From NCBI GenBank assembly GCA_945907065.1, contig CAMDSC010000012.1, positions 577-64,576 on the forward strand: a stretch of DNA of 64,000 nucleotides. The letters run 5' to 3'. Made by a program: the position numbers and the translations under genes. Each line of letters begins with the position of its first letter. Within the stretch, counting starts at the first letter, position 1. The notes under the pieces are model-generated. The model made no database searches. It was not told the DNA's origin and saw only the letters and a program-made list of their open reading frames with translations. Positions 20,679-32,845 of this stretch are shown here, in pieces. The stretch is from Chitinophaga pinensis. Its GTDB lineage: Bacteria > Bacteroidota > Bacteroidia > NS11-12g > UBA9320.

Positions 20679-21125
20679 TTAAATGATTTGAGTGGTTCCT
20701 CCTGCATTTTCAATTGCCGATTTTGCTGCATCTGAAAATGCATGAGCAGTAACGTTCAATTTTAATGTTAATTCGCCTCGTCCTAATATTTTAACCCGTT
20801 CGGTTTTACTTACAATTCTTCCTTTTAGAAAATCTTCATGAGATATTGTATCTGTATTTAAGCTTTGAGCAAATTCTTGCAATCTGTCCAAATTCATACT
20901 TGTATATTCAACTCTGAATGGATTTTTAAATCCAACTTTTGGAACACGCCTTTGCAATGGCATTTGACCACCTTCGAAACCTACTTTTTTGGAGTGACCT
21001 GAACGAGATCCGGCACCCTTATGTCCCCGTGTGGATGTTCCACCCGTACCTGAACCGTTTCCGCGTCCTTTGCGTTTTCTATCGCGAACTGAGCCTGGGG
21101 CTGGTTTTAAATTACTTAAGTTCAT
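20679..21125 (-). CDS. rplO: 50S ribosomal protein L15
   Basis: Gly/Arg-rich N-terminus (RKRKGRGNGSGTGGTSTRGHKG), 148 aa. Confidence 0.9.
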   Translation of the reverse strand: MNLSNLKPAPGSVRDRKRKGRGNGSGTGGTSTRGHKGAGSRSGHSKKVGFEGGQMPLQRRVPKVGFKNPFRVEYTSMNLDRLQEFAQSLNTDTISHEDFLKGRIVSKTERVKILGRGELTLKLNVTAHAFSDAAKSAIENAGGTTQII

Positions 21126-21127
21126 TT

Positions 21128-21307
21128 CTAAACGTTTTCTACTTTTAATAAATGCTTTACTGAATTAATCATTCCTACCAAGGCAGGATTTGCTTCCACT
21201 TCTTTAGTGCGATGCATTCTTGTTAAACCTAAGGCTACTAACGTTCTTTTATCACGTTCAGTACGGTCAATACCACTTTTTATTTGTGTAATTCTAATCT
21301 TTGCCAT
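21128..21307 (-). CDS. rpmD: 50S ribosomal protein L30 (missed by ORF track, 59 aa)
   Basis: own translation of minus strand: MAKIRITQIKSGIDRTERDKRTLVALGLTRMHRTKEVEANPALVGMINSVKHLLKVENV; canonical L30 between rpsE and rplO. Confidence 0.85.
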   Translation of the reverse strand: MAKIRITQIKSGIDRTERDKRTLVALGLTRMHRTKEVEANPALVGMINSVKHLLKVENV

Positions 21308-21313
21308 TTTTAA

Positions 21314-21832
21314 TTAACCGTTAAATAATTTATCTAATGAAATTCCCCGTTGTTCTGCAATTGTATATGGGTCACGTAACTTTGCTAATGCATCTATTGT
21401 TGCTTTCACTACGTTATGAGGATTTGAAGATCCTTTTGATTTTGCCAATACATCATGTACGCCAGCACTTTCAAGCACAGCACGCATAGCACCACCAGCA
21501 ATTACACCAGTACCGTGTGAGGCGGGCGTAATAAATACACGTCCACCACCAAACTTTCCGATTTGCTCATGAGGTACTGTTCCGTTTATAACTGGAACTT
21601 TAATAAGATTTTTCTTAGCATCTTCAATTCCCTTTGCTATTGCATCAGTTACTTCACTTGCTTTTCCAAGACCATGACCAACAATACCTTTTCCATTTCC
21701 TACAACAATAATTGCTGTAAAACTAAATGTACGTCCCCCTTTAGTAACTTTGGCTACTCTGTTTATATTTACTACAGTTTCTTTTAACTCAATATCTGTA
21801 GCTCTGACTCTTAATAATGTTTGTGTTGCCAT
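21314..21832 (-). CDS. rpsE: 30S ribosomal protein S5
   Basis: dsRBD-like N-terminal domain plus S5 C-terminal domain ([15 protein letters not shown]). Confidence 0.95.
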   Translation of the reverse strand: MATQTLLRVRATDIELKETVVNINRVAKVTKGGRTFSFTAIIVVGNGKGIVGHGLGKASEVTDAIAKGIEDAKKNLIKVPVINGTVPHEQIGKFGGGRVFITPASHGTGVIAGGAMRAVLESAGVHDVLAKSKGSSNPHNVVKATIDALAKLRDPYTIAEQRGISLDKLFNG

Positions 21833-21835
21833 TTC

Positions 21836-22192
21836 TTAAAAAATTAATCCTGCTTCTCTTGCTCCGTCTGCAAGACTCTTAACGCGACCATGATATAAAT
21901 AACCATTACGGTCAAAAACAACTTTAGTGATACCGTTAGCTAAGGCGGCCTCTCCTACTTTTTTACCTACTTCAAAAGATTTTTGGGTTTTGGTAGCCTT
22001 TGAAGTTTCTATTTCTTTAGATCTTGATGAAAATGACAATAATGTCTTTCCTGCTGTATCATCTATTAATTGGGCATAAACATCATTGTTGCTTCGATAA
22101 ACAGACAACCTTGGTTTTTCGGCACTACCAAAAACCTTAGCCCTCACCCTTCTTTTTATTTTTAATCTACTTAATACTTTATCAGTTGCCAT
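21836..22192 (-). CDS. rplR: 50S ribosomal protein L18
   Basis: [27 protein letters not shown]-terminus typical of L18. Confidence 0.9.
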   Translation of the reverse strand: MATDKVLSRLKIKRRVRAKVFGSAEKPRLSVYRSNNDVYAQLIDDTAGKTLLSFSSRSKEIETSKATKTQKSFEVGKKVGEAALANGITKVVFDRNGYLYHGRVKSLADGAREAGLIF

Positions 22193-22197
22193 ATCCT

Positions 22198-22752
22198 TTA
22201 TTTTTTACTTGCTGATTTACCGGCTTTTCTTCTCAACTGCTCACCTTGGAATTTAATACCTTTTCCTTTGTATGGTTCAGGCTTGCGCATTGATCTAATT
22301 TTAGCAGCTACCTGTCCAATCAATTGTTTATCGCTTCCTTCTAAAATGATAAGTGGATTTTTTCCTTTTTCACTTTCTGTACTTACTTTAATTTCTTTAG
22401 GTACTTCGATAAAAATATTATGTGAAAATCCTAAATTCAATTCAAGCAAATTACCTACGTTACTAGCTTTATAACCAACACCAACAACTTCTTGCTTTAT
22501 AACATATCCTTCACTCACACCTTTCACCATATTATTGATAAGAGAACGGTATAACCCATGAAGAGATCTTTGACTTTTACTTTCGTTACTTCTGTTTACC
22601 TGAACAATTCCATCATTCAATTCAATTGAAATTCCTTCCAATAGTTTTTGTGAAAGCTGGCCTTTTGCTCCTTTAATTGTAACCGTATCACCTGACGTTT
22701 GTATTTCTACGCCTTTAGGTAAGCTGATTGGGTTTTTTCCTACACGTGACAT
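22198..22752 (-). CDS. rplF: 50S ribosomal protein L6
   Basis: [17 protein letters not shown]... two-domain L6. Confidence 0.95.
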   Translation of the reverse strand: MSRVGKNPISLPKGVEIQTSGDTVTIKGAKGQLSQKLLEGISIELNDGIVQVNRSNESKSQRSLHGLYRSLINNMVKGVSEGYVIKQEVVGVGYKASNVGNLLELNLGFSHNIFIEVPKEIKVSTESEKGKNPLIILEGSDKQLIGQVAAKIRSMRKPEPYKGKGIKFQGEQLRRKAGKSASKK

Positions 22753-22773
22753 TTTATTTTATTTGTCTAATTT

Positions 22774-23169
22774 TTATGATACGTAACAAATTAATTCACC
22801 ACCAACATTTTGCTTTTTAGCTTCTTTGTCAGTCATTACTCCATGTGATGTGGTAACAATTGCTATACCTAAACCATTCTTCACACGTGGCATATCTTCT
22901 GAAGAAGTATATTGGCGTGAACCAGGTTTACTAACACGACTTATTTCGTTTATGGCTGAAAGCTTTGTTATTGGGTGATATTTTAACGCTATTTTAATAA
23001 CTCCTCCTATAGTATTATCTTCAAATTTATAGTTCAAAATATAGCCCTTTTCAAACAATACTTTTGTTATCTCCTTCTTAATGTTAGAAGCAGGTATTTC
23101 TACTATTCGGTGGTTTGCCTTTATGGCATTTCTTACTCTTGTTAAGTAATCTGCAATTGGATCTGTCAT
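22774..23169 (-). CDS. rpsH: 30S ribosomal protein S8
   Basis: MTDPIADYLTRVRNA... canonical S8. Confidence 0.95.
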   Translation of the reverse strand: MTDPIADYLTRVRNAIKANHRIVEIPASNIKKEITKVLFEKGYILNYKFEDNTIGGVIKIALKYHPITKLSAINEISRVSKPGSRQYTSSEDMPRVKNGLGIAIVTTSHGVMTDKEAKKQNVGGELICYVS

Positions 23170-23192
23170 GATTCTTTTCTTTTAATTAATGA

Positions 23193-23462
23193 TTACCAAC
23201 TTGCTTTTGTTACTCCCGGAATTTTGCCATTTGAGGCCATTTCACGAAATTGATTTCTACATAATCCGAATATACGGATATAACCTCTTGGCTTTCCAGT
23301 AATGGAACAGCGATTGCGTAACCTTACTGGTGAAGAATTACGTGGCAACAATTGCAACGCATCAAAATTCCCGTCAGCCTTTAGTTTGGCACGCTTTTCA
23401 GCATACCTGGCTACCAATTTCTCCCGTTTTCTTTGGCGGGCTTTCATTGACTCTTTTGCCAT
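23193..23462 (-). CDS. rpsN: 30S ribosomal protein S14
   Basis: [13 protein letters not shown]... and C-terminal [21 protein letters not shown]. Confidence 0.9.
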   Translation of the reverse strand: MAKESMKARQRKREKLVARYAEKRAKLKADGNFDALQLLPRNSSPVRLRNRCSITGKPRGYIRIFGLCRNQFREMASNGKIPGVTKASW

Positions 23463-23465
23463 GTC

Positions 23466-24020
23466 TTATTTATTTTGATTTTTAAATGGTAATCCAAATT
23501 CTTTTAACAACTCTAAACATTCCACATCATTTTTTGCAGTAGTTACAAATGTGATGTTATATCCGTTTATCTTATTCGTTTTATCGATGTTTATTTCAGG
23601 GAATATCAACTGCTCGGTTACACCAAAAGTGTAATTTCCACGACCATCAAATCCTTTATCGTTTATTCCTTGAAAATCACGTACACGTGGCAGAGCTATA
23701 GAAATAAGACGATCTAAAAATTCGTACATATTATCTTTTCGCAATGTTACCTTGGTACCGATAGGCATTTTAGAACGTAATTTAAAGTTCGAAATATCCT
23801 TACGTGAATAAGTTGGAACTGCCTTCTGTCCTGCAATTACAGATAATTCAAGCACTGCAGTATCAACAAGTTTTTTGTCGGAAACTGCTGCACCAACTCC
23901 TTGGTTAATAGAAATTTTAACCATCTTCGGAATTTCCATAACGTTTTTATAACCAAACTTTTCTTTAAGAGCGGGTACAACGCTAGCTTTATATTTTTCT
24001 TTTAATCTTGGTGAATACAT
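23466..24020 (-). CDS. rplE: 50S ribosomal protein L5
   Basis: conserved L5 core ([24 protein letters not shown]...), 184 aa. Confidence 0.95.
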   Translation of the reverse strand: MYSPRLKEKYKASVVPALKEKFGYKNVMEIPKMVKISINQGVGAAVSDKKLVDTAVLELSVIAGQKAVPTYSRKDISNFKLRSKMPIGTKVTLRKDNMYEFLDRLISIALPRVRDFQGINDKGFDGRGNYTFGVTEQLIFPEINIDKTNKINGYNITFVTTAKNDVECLELLKEFGLPFKNQNK

Positions 24021-24027
24021 CTTTCTA

Positions 24028-24363
24028 CTATTTTATAAAATCACCTGTTTTCTTTGAAAATCTCTGCAATTTACCATCTGCATTAAGCTTGCGACCAATG
24101 CGAGTAGGCTTTCCTGCTTCCATAAGCATTAACTTGCAAATATGAAGAGGTGCTTCTAATTTTATAATGGAACCGTTTGGATTATTAGCATCTGGTTTTT
24201 TATGTTTAGTAACCATATTGATTCCTTCCACAACAGCTCTTTGTTCTTTTACTATTACACGTAATATTCTTCCTGACTTATTTTTGTCATCTCCGGCTAA
24301 TACCTTAACTGTATCACCTTTTTTTACATGCAGTTTTTGTATTTTATTAAATCTACGTTCCAT
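24028..24363 (-). CDS. rplX: 50S ribosomal protein L24
   Basis: KOW motif ([20 protein letters not shown]), 111 aa. Confidence 0.9.
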   Translation of the reverse strand: MERRFNKIQKLHVKKGDTVKVLAGDDKNKSGRILRVIVKEQRAVVEGINMVTKHKKPDANNPNGSIIKLEAPLHICKLMLMEAGKPTRIGRKLNADGKLQRFSKKTGDFIK

Positions 24364-24366
24364 AAT

Positions 24367-24735
24367 CTATAAAACTTCTGGGGCTAATGATACAATTTTC
24401 ATAAACTGTTTTTCGCGCAATTCACGAGCAACTGGGCCAAAAATACGCGTTGCTCTCGGCTCATCGTCTTTGTTTAACAACACACACGAGTTATCATCAA
24501 AACGAATATATGATCCGTCGGCGCGACGAACTTGCTTTTTTGTTCTAACTATAACTGCCTTGGATACAGTTCCTTTTTTTACCCCGCCTGAAGGAATTGC
24601 TTCTTTAATAGAAACAACTATTTTATCGCCTAATGAGGCGTAACGACTACGGGTTCCTCCAAGCACTCTTATACAAAGTACTTCTTTAGCTCCACTATTA
24701 TCAGCTACTCTAAGTCTTGATTCTTGTTGTATCAT
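24367..24735 (-). CDS. rplN: 50S ribosomal protein L14
   Basis: [19 protein letters not shown]... canonical L14, 122 aa. Confidence 0.95.
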   Translation of the reverse strand: MIQQESRLRVADNSGAKEVLCIRVLGGTRSRYASLGDKIVVSIKEAIPSGGVKKGTVSKAVIVRTKKQVRRADGSYIRFDDNSCVLLNKDDEPRATRIFGPVARELREKQFMKIVSLAPEVL

Positions 24736-25001
24736 TATTTAGCCTTTTCAATTATTTCAACTACTCTCCAACGCTTGCTTTTACTAAGCGGACGAGTTTC
24801 CATTATTTTAACAACATCGCCAATTCCACATTCTTCCTTTTCATCATGAGCCATAAACTTCGAAGTGGCCTTTACGAATTTGTGGTATTTGGCGTGTTTC
24901 TTTTTACGCTCAATAGTAACAGTAACTGATTTTTGCATTTTGTTACTGGCTACTACACCTATTATTTCTTTTCTGGAGTTTCTTTCCATTTTATTAATCA
25001 A
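24735..25001 (-). CDS. rpsQ: 30S ribosomal protein S17
   Basis: OB-fold S17 ([27 protein letters not shown]), 88 aa. Confidence 0.9.
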   Translation of the reverse strand: MINKMERNSRKEIIGVVASNKMQKSVTVTIERKKKHAKYHKFVKATSKFMAHDEKEECGIGDVVKIMETRPLSKSKRWRVVEIIEKAK

Positions 25002-25200
25002 TACTTTTTAATTCGTTTTTGCGACGGTTGATTTCAGTAAGATACTTTGCAACTAAACGTCTTGAAAACGTGATTTTACCTGGGTTCTCTATTTGAGATA
25101 CTGTATGGCTAAATTTAAGCTTTTGCAATTGTAAACGCTCATCACGCAATACACTATGAAGCTCTTTATTAGACAATTCTTTTATTTTATCGTAATCCAT
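24994..25200 (-). CDS. rpmC: 50S ribosomal protein L29
   Basis: helical 68-aa protein with ELxxKLxELKxxLFxLRFQ-like pattern, between rplP and rpsQ. Confidence 0.85.
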   Translation of the reverse strand: MDYDKIKELSNKELHSVLRDERLQLQKLKFSHTVSQIENPGKITFSRRLVAKYLTEINRRKNELKSID

Positions 25201-25205
25201 AACAA

Positions 25206-25625
25206 TTATTCTGCGTAATTTGGTTTAACAACAAATCTTGTAACAACTGGTAACTTTTGAGCTGCTAGGCGCATAGCCTCTTTTGCAACTTCTTGTGGCA
25301 CACCTTCTACTTCAAAAATAATGGTACCAGGTTTTATTACAGCCACCCAATATTCAGGAGCTCCTTTACCTTTACCCATCCTTACTTCAGCCGGCTTTTT
25401 AGTTACAGGTTTGTCTGGAAAAATTCTAATCCATACTTTACCTTCCCTTTTCATAAAACGGTTTAAAGCTATACGGGCTGCTTCAATTTGACGGCCGGTT
25501 ATCCATTTAGGTTCCATAGATTTCAAACCGAAATCTCCGAACTCTATTTGGGCGCCACGGGTAGCCAAACCTTTCACACGTCCTTTTTGTTGTTTTCTAA
25601 ATTTGGTACGTTTTGGTAGTAACAT
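25206..25625 (-). CDS. rplP: 50S ribosomal protein L16
   Basis: [16 protein letters not shown]... canonical L16. Confidence 0.95.
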   Translation of the reverse strand: MLLPKRTKFRKQQKGRVKGLATRGAQIEFGDFGLKSMEPKWITGRQIEAARIALNRFMKREGKVWIRIFPDKPVTKKPAEVRMGKGKGAPEYWVAVIKPGTIIFEVEGVPQEVAKEAMRLAAQKLPVVTRFVVKPNYAE

Positions 25626-25648
25626 TTCTTCTCCTTATTTATTTAATA

Positions 25649-26476
25649 TTAAGCCCTATCGTTTCTAGGTCTAGGTCCACCAGCGTTTCCACTACCTGTT
25701 CTAGGTCCTCTATTATTATCGCGTCTTTCTCCTCCACGGCTATCACGGTCTCTACCTCCACTTCGTCTCTTATCTCTGTCTCCACCTGGTCCACCTGGTC
25801 TGCGATCGGCACTTGCATTAGTAGGTCCTACATTCATTGAAAGATCTCTCTTACCATAAATTTCGCCTCTCATTATCCAAACCTTTACACCTATTTTACC
25901 ATACACAGTTAATGCTTCAGCTATATGATAATCAATATCTGCACGGAAAGTATGCAATGGAATTCTACCATCTTTGTATTGTTCACTGCGAGCCATCTCA
26001 GCTCCATTTAAACGGCCTGAAAGCATTACTTTTATTCCTTCAGCTCCCATTCTCATGGTTGAAGCTATTGACATTTTTGTAGCACGCTTGTATGAAACAC
26101 GTCCTTCTATTTGTTGTGCAATAGATTCAGCAACTAATCTAGCTTCTGTTTCCGGACGTTTAATTTCAAAAATATTTATTTGAACGTCTTTTTTAGTAAG
26201 CTTCTTAATTTCTTCTTTTATTTTATCAACTTCCGAACCACCTTTTCCTATTACAATACCTGGACGAGCGGTGTGAACCGTAATAATGATGCGCTTCAAT
26301 GTACGCTCAATCACTATTTTGGAAATACCACCACGTTGAATACGTGCATGAAGGTACTTGCGGATTTTATAATCTTCGGCTAATTTTTCGCCAAAGTTTT
26401 TTCCACCGAACCAATTAGATTCCCATCCACGGATGATACCTAATCTTATACTTATCGGATTTACTTTTTGACCCAT
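25649..26476 (-). CDS. rpsC: 30S ribosomal protein S3 with ~55-aa Arg/Gly-rich C-terminal extension
   Basis: [14 protein letters not shown]... KH domain plus S3-C; tail [51 protein letters not shown]. Confidence 0.95.
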   Translation of the reverse strand: MGQKVNPISIRLGIIRGWESNWFGGKNFGEKLAEDYKIRKYLHARIQRGGISKIVIERTLKRIIITVHTARPGIVIGKGGSEVDKIKEEIKKLTKKDVQINIFEIKRPETEARLVAESIAQQIEGRVSYKRATKMSIASTMRMGAEGIKVMLSGRLNGAEMARSEQYKDGRIPLHTFRADIDYHIAEALTVYGKIGVKVWIMRGEIYGKRDLSMNVGPTNASADRRPGGPGGDRDKRRSGGRDRDSRGGERRDNNRGPRTGSGNAGGPRPRNDRA

Positions 26477-26494
26477 TATTACTTGTTATACCTT

Positions 26495-26863
26495 TTAATT
26501 TACGTTTTCAATTGTTTCACCAACCACATCAACTACAAGTGTAATATGGTTTGAACGTTTGCGAATTCTATATGCCCTTCCTTGCGGTGCAGGACTTAAA
26601 CGCTTCACGGTTCTTCCCTGATTTACAAATATTGATTTTACAACCAATCCTGTTTCATCATCTACTTTAGCATCATTTTTCAATTGCCAATTTGCTATAG
26701 CTGATAATAATAGCTTTTCTACTAAAAGAGCATAAGCTTGTTTTTGGTTAAATTTTAAAATACTTAATGCCTTGTTTACATTCTCGCCACGAATTTGGTC
26801 TACTACCAAACGCATTTTACGAGGTGATAAAGGGCAATTATTTAATTTAGCTACTGCTTCCAT
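26495..26863 (-). CDS. rplV: 50S ribosomal protein L22
   Basis: [20 protein letters not shown]... canonical L22; start moved to the internal ATG at 26863, which abuts the rpsS stop codon (26865-26867). The ORF-track 26908 start would overlap rpsS. Confidence 0.9.
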   Translation of the reverse strand: MEAVAKLNNCPLSPRKMRLVVDQIRGENVNKALSILKFNQKQAYALLVEKLLLSAIANWQLKNDAKVDDETGLVVKSIFVNQGRTVKRLSPAPQGRAYRIRKRSNHITLVVDVVGETIENVN

Positions 26864-26864
26864 A

Positions 26865-27128
26865 TTATCTATTTCCTGAGTGTCCTTTGAAAGTTCGTGT
26901 TGGGGCAAATTCGCCTAATTTATGACCTACCATATTTTCAGTTACATATACAGGAATAAACTTATTTCCGTTATAAACTGCAAATGTATGACCTATAAAA
27001 TCTGGTGTAATCAACGAGCGACGACTCCATGTTTTTATTACATTTTTCTTCTTTGCTTCGTTCATGGTATCAATCTTTTTGAAAAGCTTGACATCAACGA
27101 ATGGACCTTTTTTAAGCGACCTTGGCAT
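26865..27128 (-). CDS. rpsS: 30S ribosomal protein S19
   Basis: [12 protein letters not shown]...[16 protein letters not shown] canonical S19. Confidence 0.95.
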   Translation of the reverse strand: MPRSLKKGPFVDVKLFKKIDTMNEAKKKNVIKTWSRRSLITPDFIGHTFAVYNGNKFIPVYVTENMVGHKLGEFAPTRTFKGHSGNR

Positions 27129-27130
27129 AA

Positions 27131-27955
27131 TTATTTCTTCCTTCTTTCTATGATAAACTTATTTGAACTCTTATTAGGATTACGTGTCTTATGACCTTTA
27201 AGACCTGTTCCTTTTCTTGTGCGGGCCTGACCACCTTTTGCTCTACCTTCACCTCCACCCATTGGATGATCCACTGGATTCATTGCTGCCGGACGAGTTC
27301 TTGGTCTACGTCCCAACCAACGATTTCTTCCTGCTTTACCTTTATTTTCAAGGCTATGATCAGGATTACTTAATGAACCGATTGTAGCTGAACATGTAGA
27401 CAATATCATGCGTGTTTCACTTGAAGGCAATTTAATTACTACATATTTTCCATCACGTGCAACAAGCTGTGCATTTGAACCTGCACTACGTACAATTTTT
27501 CCGCCTTGTCCTGGATTTAATTCAATATTATGAACAATACTTCCCAATGGCATTTCACTAAGAGGTAAAGAATTTCCTAAATCTGGAGTTGAGCCTGAAC
27601 CGGAAGTTATTTTTTGTCCAACCTTAATTCCGTTGGGTGCCAAAATATATCTTTTTTCACCATCAGTATATTCAATTAAAGCTATGAAACAAGTTCTGTT
27701 AGGATCATATTCTACAGTTTTAACCTCACCAACTACTCCAGTTTTATCGCGTTTAAAATCTATTATCCTATATTGTTGCTTATGGCCACCACCTATATAG
27801 CGCATGGTCATAGTACCTTGATTATTACGTCCACCTGATTTTTTAATGGAAATAATAAGGCTTTTCTCTGGTTTATCGCCAGTTAGTTCCTCAAATGTAT
27901 TAGCAACTCTAAATCGTGTTCCCGGTGTTACCGGATTTAATCTTTTAACTCCCAT
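27131..27955 (-). CDS. rplB: 50S ribosomal protein L2
   Basis: canonical L2 ([14 protein letters not shown]-terminal [10 protein letters not shown]). Confidence 0.95.
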   Translation of the reverse strand: MGVKRLNPVTPGTRFRVANTFEELTGDKPEKSLIISIKKSGGRNNQGTMTMRYIGGGHKQQYRIIDFKRDKTGVVGEVKTVEYDPNRTCFIALIEYTDGEKRYILAPNGIKVGQKITSGSGSTPDLGNSLPLSEMPLGSIVHNIELNPGQGGKIVRSAGSNAQLVARDGKYVVIKLPSSETRMILSTCSATIGSLSNPDHSLENKGKAGRNRWLGRRPRTRPAAMNPVDHPMGGGEGRAKGGQARTRKGTGLKGHKTRNPNKSSNKFIIERRKK

Positions 27956-27957
27956 GA

Positions 27958-28248
27958 CTATATATTCTCAAAGAAATCTATTTTTTGTCCCTCCTTTAAA
28001 TGTACAATAGCCTTTTTGTAATTAGGCTTTTTGCCATTTATAACACCAGATTTAGTAAAACGTGATTTTCGTTTTCCTCTTACTAAAATAGTATTCACTC
28101 GTTCTACTTCCACATTGTAAACCTTTTCTATTAAAGCTTTGATTTCATCTTTGGAAGCATTTTTATCTACTACAAAACCAACTTGCTCAGTTTTATCAGC
28201 AATTTTGGTCATTTTTTCCGTTAATAACGGTCGTTTTAAAATACTCAT
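27958..28248 (-). CDS. rplW: 50S ribosomal protein L23
   Basis: 96 aa, L23 fold pattern, between rplD and rplB. Confidence 0.9.
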   Translation of the reverse strand: MSILKRPLLTEKMTKIADKTEQVGFVVDKNASKDEIKALIEKVYNVEVERVNTILVRGKRKSRFTKSGVINGKKPNYKKAIVHLKEGQKIDFFENI

Positions 28249-28252
28249 ATTA

Positions 28253-28894
28253 TTAGGCGGTTAAAACTTCTTCTAATTTTACAACTGAATTTTCCACTAA
28301 TACAACTCTTGCTGCTTTCATAATTTGATATGTATTCAAATCTGATGCAATCATAACCTCTGATTTTGGAAGGTTACGTGCTGAAAGGTGTATATTCTTA
28401 TTATATTCTGGCACAACGAATAAAGTACGTTTGTCAGACATATTTAAAGCGCCAATTAGCACATTAAATTCTTTTGTATTAGGTTTATCAAAATTGAAAG
28501 ACTCAATAATGGTAATATTATTATCTTTTAATTTATAAGCTAAAGCCGACATACGAGCTAGCTTTTTTAGTTTTTTATTTAATTTAAAACTATAATCTCT
28601 TGGGCGAGGTCCATGAATACGACCACCACCAACTCTGGTTCCAGATTTTAAACTACCCGCACGAGCAGTTCCTGTTCCTTTTTGACGCTTAATCTTTTTT
28701 GTTGAAGCTGTAACTTCAGACTTATCTTTGGATTTATGAGTTCCTTGGCGTTGATTTGCTAAGTATTGTTTAACATCTAAATAAATAGCATGGTCATTCG
28801 GCTCGATACCAAATACTCCATCATTTAATTCAACTTGACGACCTGTATCGTTTCCTTTAATATCTATTACGTTCAGTTTCATCTTATTTTTCAA
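28253..28894 (-). CDS. rplD: 50S ribosomal protein L4
   Basis: 213 aa, L4 core ([16 protein letters not shown]), conserved order. Confidence 0.9.
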   Translation of the reverse strand: MKNKMKLNVIDIKGNDTGRQVELNDGVFGIEPNDHAIYLDVKQYLANQRQGTHKSKDKSEVTASTKKIKRQKGTGTARAGSLKSGTRVGGGRIHGPRPRDYSFKLNKKLKKLARMSALAYKLKDNNITIIESFNFDKPNTKEFNVLIGALNMSDKRTLFVVPEYNKNIHLSARNLPKSEVMIASDLNTYQIMKAARVVLVENSVVKLEEVLTA

Positions 28895-29501
28895 TTATAA
28901 CCATGGAACCATTAAACCCAGGTATTGCACCTTTAACAACTATAAGATTGAGTTCAGCATCAACCTTTAAAACTTCTAGGTTTGTTATTTTAACTCTGTC
29001 ACCACCCATTCTACCACCCATCCTCATCCCTTTAAATACCTTTGAAGGATATGAAGATGCGCCCAAAGATCCAGGTGCTCTTAATCTGTTATGCTGCCCA
29101 TGGGTAGCTCCACCAACTCCTGAAAATCCGTGACGCTTCACAACTCCTTGGAAACCCTTTCCTTTTGAAGTTCCTATTACATCCACAAATTCTCCAACTT
29201 CAAAACCGCTTACATCCAATGAATCGCCAAGGCTTAACTCTCTTTCAAAATGGGCGAATTCTACCACTTTTGTTTTAGGAGCTGTATTTGCTTTCGCAAA
29301 ATGACCTATCAGCGGTTTGGGTGTATTCTTTACCTTACGGTCACCAAATCCAACTTGAACTGCATTATATCCATCAGTTTCTTTAGTTTTAATTTGGGTA
29401 ACAACGCATGGTCCTGCTTCTATTACTGTGCACGGAATTAATTTTCCGCTATCAGCAAAGACGCTAGTCATACCTACTTTTTTACCTATTATTCCAAACA
29501 T
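28884..29501 (-). CDS. rplC: 50S ribosomal protein L3
   Basis: [15 protein letters not shown]... canonical L3. Confidence 0.95.
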   Translation of the reverse strand: MFGIIGKKVGMTSVFADSGKLIPCTVIEAGPCVVTQIKTKETDGYNAVQVGFGDRKVKNTPKPLIGHFAKANTAPKTKVVEFAHFERELSLGDSLDVSGFEVGEFVDVIGTSKGKGFQGVVKRHGFSGVGGATHGQHNRLRAPGSLGASSYPSKVFKGMRMGGRMGGDRVKITNLEVLKVDAELNLIVVKGAIPGFNGSMVIIEK

Positions 29502-29532
29502 GATTAATTATTCTTTTAATATTTTATTTCTA

Positions 29533-29841
29533 TCACACTTTAATTTCAACGTCTACACCACTTGGTAGCTCAAGTTTCATAAGTGCATCTACTGTTTTGG
29601 CAGTTGAACTATAGATATCTAGCAACCTTTTGTAAGAACACGTTTGAAATTGCTCACGAGCTTTTTTATTAACGTGCGGTGATCTTAACACTGTAAAAAT
29701 CCTTTTTTCAGTAGGTAATGGTATTGGACCATTAACTATTGCGCCTGTGGCTTTTACAGATCGAACAATCTTCTCAGCTGATTTATCAATCAATGTGTGA
29801 TCGAACGATTTTAATTTTATTCTTATTTTCTGGTTCACCAT
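29533..29841 (-). CDS. rpsJ: 30S ribosomal protein S10
   Basis: [23 protein letters not shown]... canonical S10. Confidence 0.95.
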   Translation of the reverse strand: MVNQKIRIKLKSFDHTLIDKSAEKIVRSVKATGAIVNGPIPLPTEKRIFTVLRSPHVNKKAREQFQTCSYKRLLDIYSSTAKTVDALMKLELPSGVDVEIKV

Positions 29842-29848
29842 TTTTAAA

Positions 29849-31987
29849 TTATGCGTTTGCTCTAACTCCTTTAACTTTTTCTATTATTTCCTCAGCCATA
29901 TTTTTAGGGACTTCATGGTAATGTGAAAATTCCATTGACGAAGTTGCTCTTCCTGAAGTAATGGTTCTAAGGGTGGTTACATAACCAAACATTTCTGATA
30001 ATGGAACTTTACCTTTAATAACTTGAGATCCAGCTCTTTCTTCCAATCCTTCAATTAATCCACGACGACGATTTAAATCTCCTTGAACATCTCCCATATA
30101 ATCAGCTGGAGTAACAATCTCAATTTTCATTATCGGTTCTAATATTATTGGATTAGCATGTTTTGCTGCATCCCTGTATCCCTGCTTTGCAGCTAATTCG
30201 AATGATATTGAATCAGAGTCAACCGCGTGAAAAGAACCATCATATAATCTTATTTTCATGGTTTCAAGAGGATAACCTGCAAGAACACCATTCTTCATTG
30301 ATTCTCTAAATCCTTTTTCTACTGAAGGGATAAATTCACGTGGAATTGCTCCACCCACAATTTGATTAACAAACTGTAAGCCTTCACCAACAAAATCAGC
30401 ATCAACAGGAGAAATTTCAAACTGAATATCAGCAAATTTTCCACGTCCACCTGTTTGCTTCTTAAATGTTTCGCGATGTTTTAATGTCCCTTTTAAAGCT
30501 TCTTTATAAGCAACCTGAGGTGCTCCCTGATTAATCTCAACCTTAAATTCACGGCGTAAACGGTCAACAATAATTTCAAGGTGAAGTTCACCCATTCCAC
30601 TGATAATTGTTTGACCTGTTTCCTCATCTGTTTTAACTTGGAATGTAGGATCCTCTTCAGATAATTTACCTAAAGAAACTCCTAATCTATCAGAATCCGC
30701 TTGAGTTTTTGGCTCAATAGCTAAACCAATAACAGGTTTTGGAAAATTCATTGCCTCTAATACAATCGGATTTTTTTCATCACATAAAGTATCGCCTGTC
30801 TTAATATCTTTGAATCCAACAGCAGCTCCAATATCCCCAGCTTCTAAACAATCTATTGGATTTTGTTTATTGGCATGCATTTGGAATATTCGAGATATAC
30901 GTTCCTTATTTCCACTGCGAGTATTTAAAACATATGAACCAGCATCTAATTTACCAGAATATGCTCTTATAAAAGCCAAACGCCCCACAAAAGGGTCTGT
31001 TGCAATTTTAAAAGCTAACGCTGCAAATGGTTCTTTTACATCTGGTTTACGAGAAACCTCCTCTTCAGTATCAGGATTTATACCTATAACTTCACTTCGG
31101 TCAAGCGGACTTGGCATAAGTTCCATTACAAGGTCAAGCATGGTTTGAACTCCTTTATTTTTGAAAGATGAACCACAAACCATTGGTACAATCTTCATAT
31201 CTAAACATGCCTTACGTAAGGCCTCTAAAATTTCTCTTTCTGTAATAGAAGCAGGATCTTCAAAAAATTTTTCCATTAGGCGGTCATCATATTCTGAAAC
31301 CGCTTCAAGTAATTTTTCCCTCCACTCATTAGCCTCCTCAATCATATCATCAGGAATTGGAATGGTTTTATAAGTCATCCCTTTGTCTGCTTCATTCCAG
31401 ATCATTCCTCGATAATTTATCAAATCCACAACACCGGTAAATCCATCTTCTGCACCAATTGGCAACTGAAGTGGTACTGCATTGCTTCCTAACATTTCTC
31501 TAACTTGTTTAACAACCATTAAAAAGTCGGCACCCGAACGATCCATTTTATTTACGAATCCAATACGAGCTACATTATAATTGTTAGCTAATCTCCAATT
31601 GGTTTCAGATTGTGGCTCAACACCATCAACTGCACTAAATAAGAAAACTAAACCATCAAGTACACGTAATGAACGATTTACTTCGACAGTAAAATCAACG
31701 TGCCCTGGTGTATCAATAATATTTATATGATATTCTTTTGTTTCTGGGAGTTTTAAACCATCCTTCATAGGATAATTCCATGCAACTGTAGTAGCTGCTG
31801 AAGTTATAGTAATTCCACGTTCTTGCTCTTGCGCCATCCAATCCATTGTAGCTGCACCATCATGTACTTCTCCAATTTTATGATTAACACCCGCATAATA
31901 TAATATCCGCTCGGTAGTTGTTGTTTTACCGGCGTCAATATGGGCAGCAATCCCAATGTTTCTAGTATATTTTAAATCTCTTGCCAT
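29849..31987 (-). CDS. fusA: translation elongation factor G
   Basis: G1 [10 protein letters not shown]3 [12 protein letters not shown]; five-domain 712-aa EF-G; no tuf between fusA and rpsJ (common Bacteroidota arrangement). Confidence 0.95.
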   Translation of the reverse strand: MARDLKYTRNIGIAAHIDAGKTTTTERILYYAGVNHKIGEVHDGAATMDWMAQEQERGITITSAATTVAWNYPMKDGLKLPETKEYHINIIDTPGHVDFTVEVNRSLRVLDGLVFLFSAVDGVEPQSETNWRLANNYNVARIGFVNKMDRSGADFLMVVKQVREMLGSNAVPLQLPIGAEDGFTGVVDLINYRGMIWNEADKGMTYKTIPIPDDMIEEANEWREKLLEAVSEYDDRLMEKFFEDPASITEREILEALRKACLDMKIVPMVCGSSFKNKGVQTMLDLVMELMPSPLDRSEVIGINPDTEEEVSRKPDVKEPFAALAFKIATDPFVGRLAFIRAYSGKLDAGSYVLNTRSGNKERISRIFQMHANKQNPIDCLEAGDIGAAVGFKDIKTGDTLCDEKNPIVLEAMNFPKPVIGLAIEPKTQADSDRLGVSLGKLSEEDPTFQVKTDEETGQTIISGMGELHLEIIVDRLRREFKVEINQGAPQVAYKEALKGTLKHRETFKKQTGGRGKFADIQFEISPVDADFVGEGLQFVNQIVGGAIPREFIPSVEKGFRESMKNGVLAGYPLETMKIRLYDGSFHAVDSDSISFELAAKQGYRDAAKHANPIILEPIMKIEIVTPADYMGDVQGDLNRRRGLIEGLEERAGSQVIKGKVPLSEMFGYVTTLRTITSGRATSSMEFSHYHEVPKNMAEEIIEKVKGVRANA

Positions 31988-31994
31988 AATTTAG

Positions 31995-32465
31995 TTACAC
32001 TCTGAAATGTGAAAATGCTTTATTGGCATCGGCCATTTTGTGTGTATCTTCTTTTTTCTTAACTGATGAACCTTCACCTTTTGCAGCAGCTAATATTTCT
32101 CCTGCTAATTTCTCAGCCATTGACTTTTCATTTCTCTTGCGGCAATAGGTTAACATCCATTTAGTTCCTAATGCTACTCTTCTTTCAGGCTTTACTTCAG
32201 TTGGTATCTGAAAAGTAGAACCACCTACACGACGAGCTTTCACTTCCACTGTAGGCATAATATTATTAAGTGCTCTTCTAAACACTTCTACTCCTTCTTC
32301 CTCAGGTAACTTACCTCCAACTATATCTATTGCATCGTAAAATATTTTACGGGCTTGGCCTTTTTTACCATCCTCCATCATACAATTGATAAACCTTGAA
32401 ATCAACACATCGTTAAAACGTGGATCTGGGGTTTGAATTCGTTTTTTAGCTCTGGCCTTTCTCAT
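31995..32465 (-). CDS. rpsG: 30S ribosomal protein S7
   Basis: canonical S7 (156 aa). Confidence 0.95.
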   Translation of the reverse strand: MRKARAKKRIQTPDPRFNDVLISRFINCMMEDGKKGQARKIFYDAIDIVGGKLPEEEGVEVFRRALNNIMPTVEVKARRVGGSTFQIPTEVKPERRVALGTKWMLTYCRKRNEKSMAEKLAGEILAAAKGEGSSVKKKEDTHKMADANKAFSHFRV

Positions 32466-32845
32466 TATTTTTTAACTTTTGGTCTCTTGGCACCGTATTT
32501 TGATCTTCGTTGTTTTCTTCCTTCAACTCCTGCCGTGTCTAATGCACCACGAATAATGTGATAACGAACACCCGGTAAATCCTTTACTCTACCCCCACGC
32601 ACTAATACGATGGAGTGTTCTTGTAGGTTATGTCCTTCACCTGGTATATAGGCGTTAACCTCTTTGCTATTGGTCAATCTTACCCTAGCTACTTTACGCA
32701 TGGCAGAGTTTGGCTTCTTTGGAGTAGTCGTATATACCCTAGTACATACACCCCTTCTTTGAGGGCATGAATCAAGGGCAGGTGATTTGCTCTTGAACTT
32801 GGGAGCTACACGGCCTTTACGGACTAATTGTTGAATGGTCGGCAT
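32465..32845 (-). CDS. rpsL: 30S ribosomal protein S12
   Basis: [12 protein letters not shown]...PKKPNSA.RKV canonical S12; first gene of cluster. Confidence 0.95.
   Translation of the reverse strand: MPTIQQLVRKGRVAPKFKSKSPALDSCPQRRGVCTRVYTTTPKKPNSAMRKVARVRLTNSKEVNAYIPGEGHNLQEHSIVLVRGGRVKDLPGVRYHIIRGALDTAGVEGRKQRRSKYGAKRPKVKK

Noticed and set aside
21563-26383. Multiple 60-90-aa plus-strand ORFs inside rpsE, rplF, rplX/rplN, rpsC and the S3 tail (e.g. 21563-21787, 24167-24643, 25613-25840, 25837-26082, 26180-26383)
   Set aside because: All are antisense to highly conserved ribosomal protein genes with canonical sequences. They are low-complexity or Cys/Phe-rich shadow frames.
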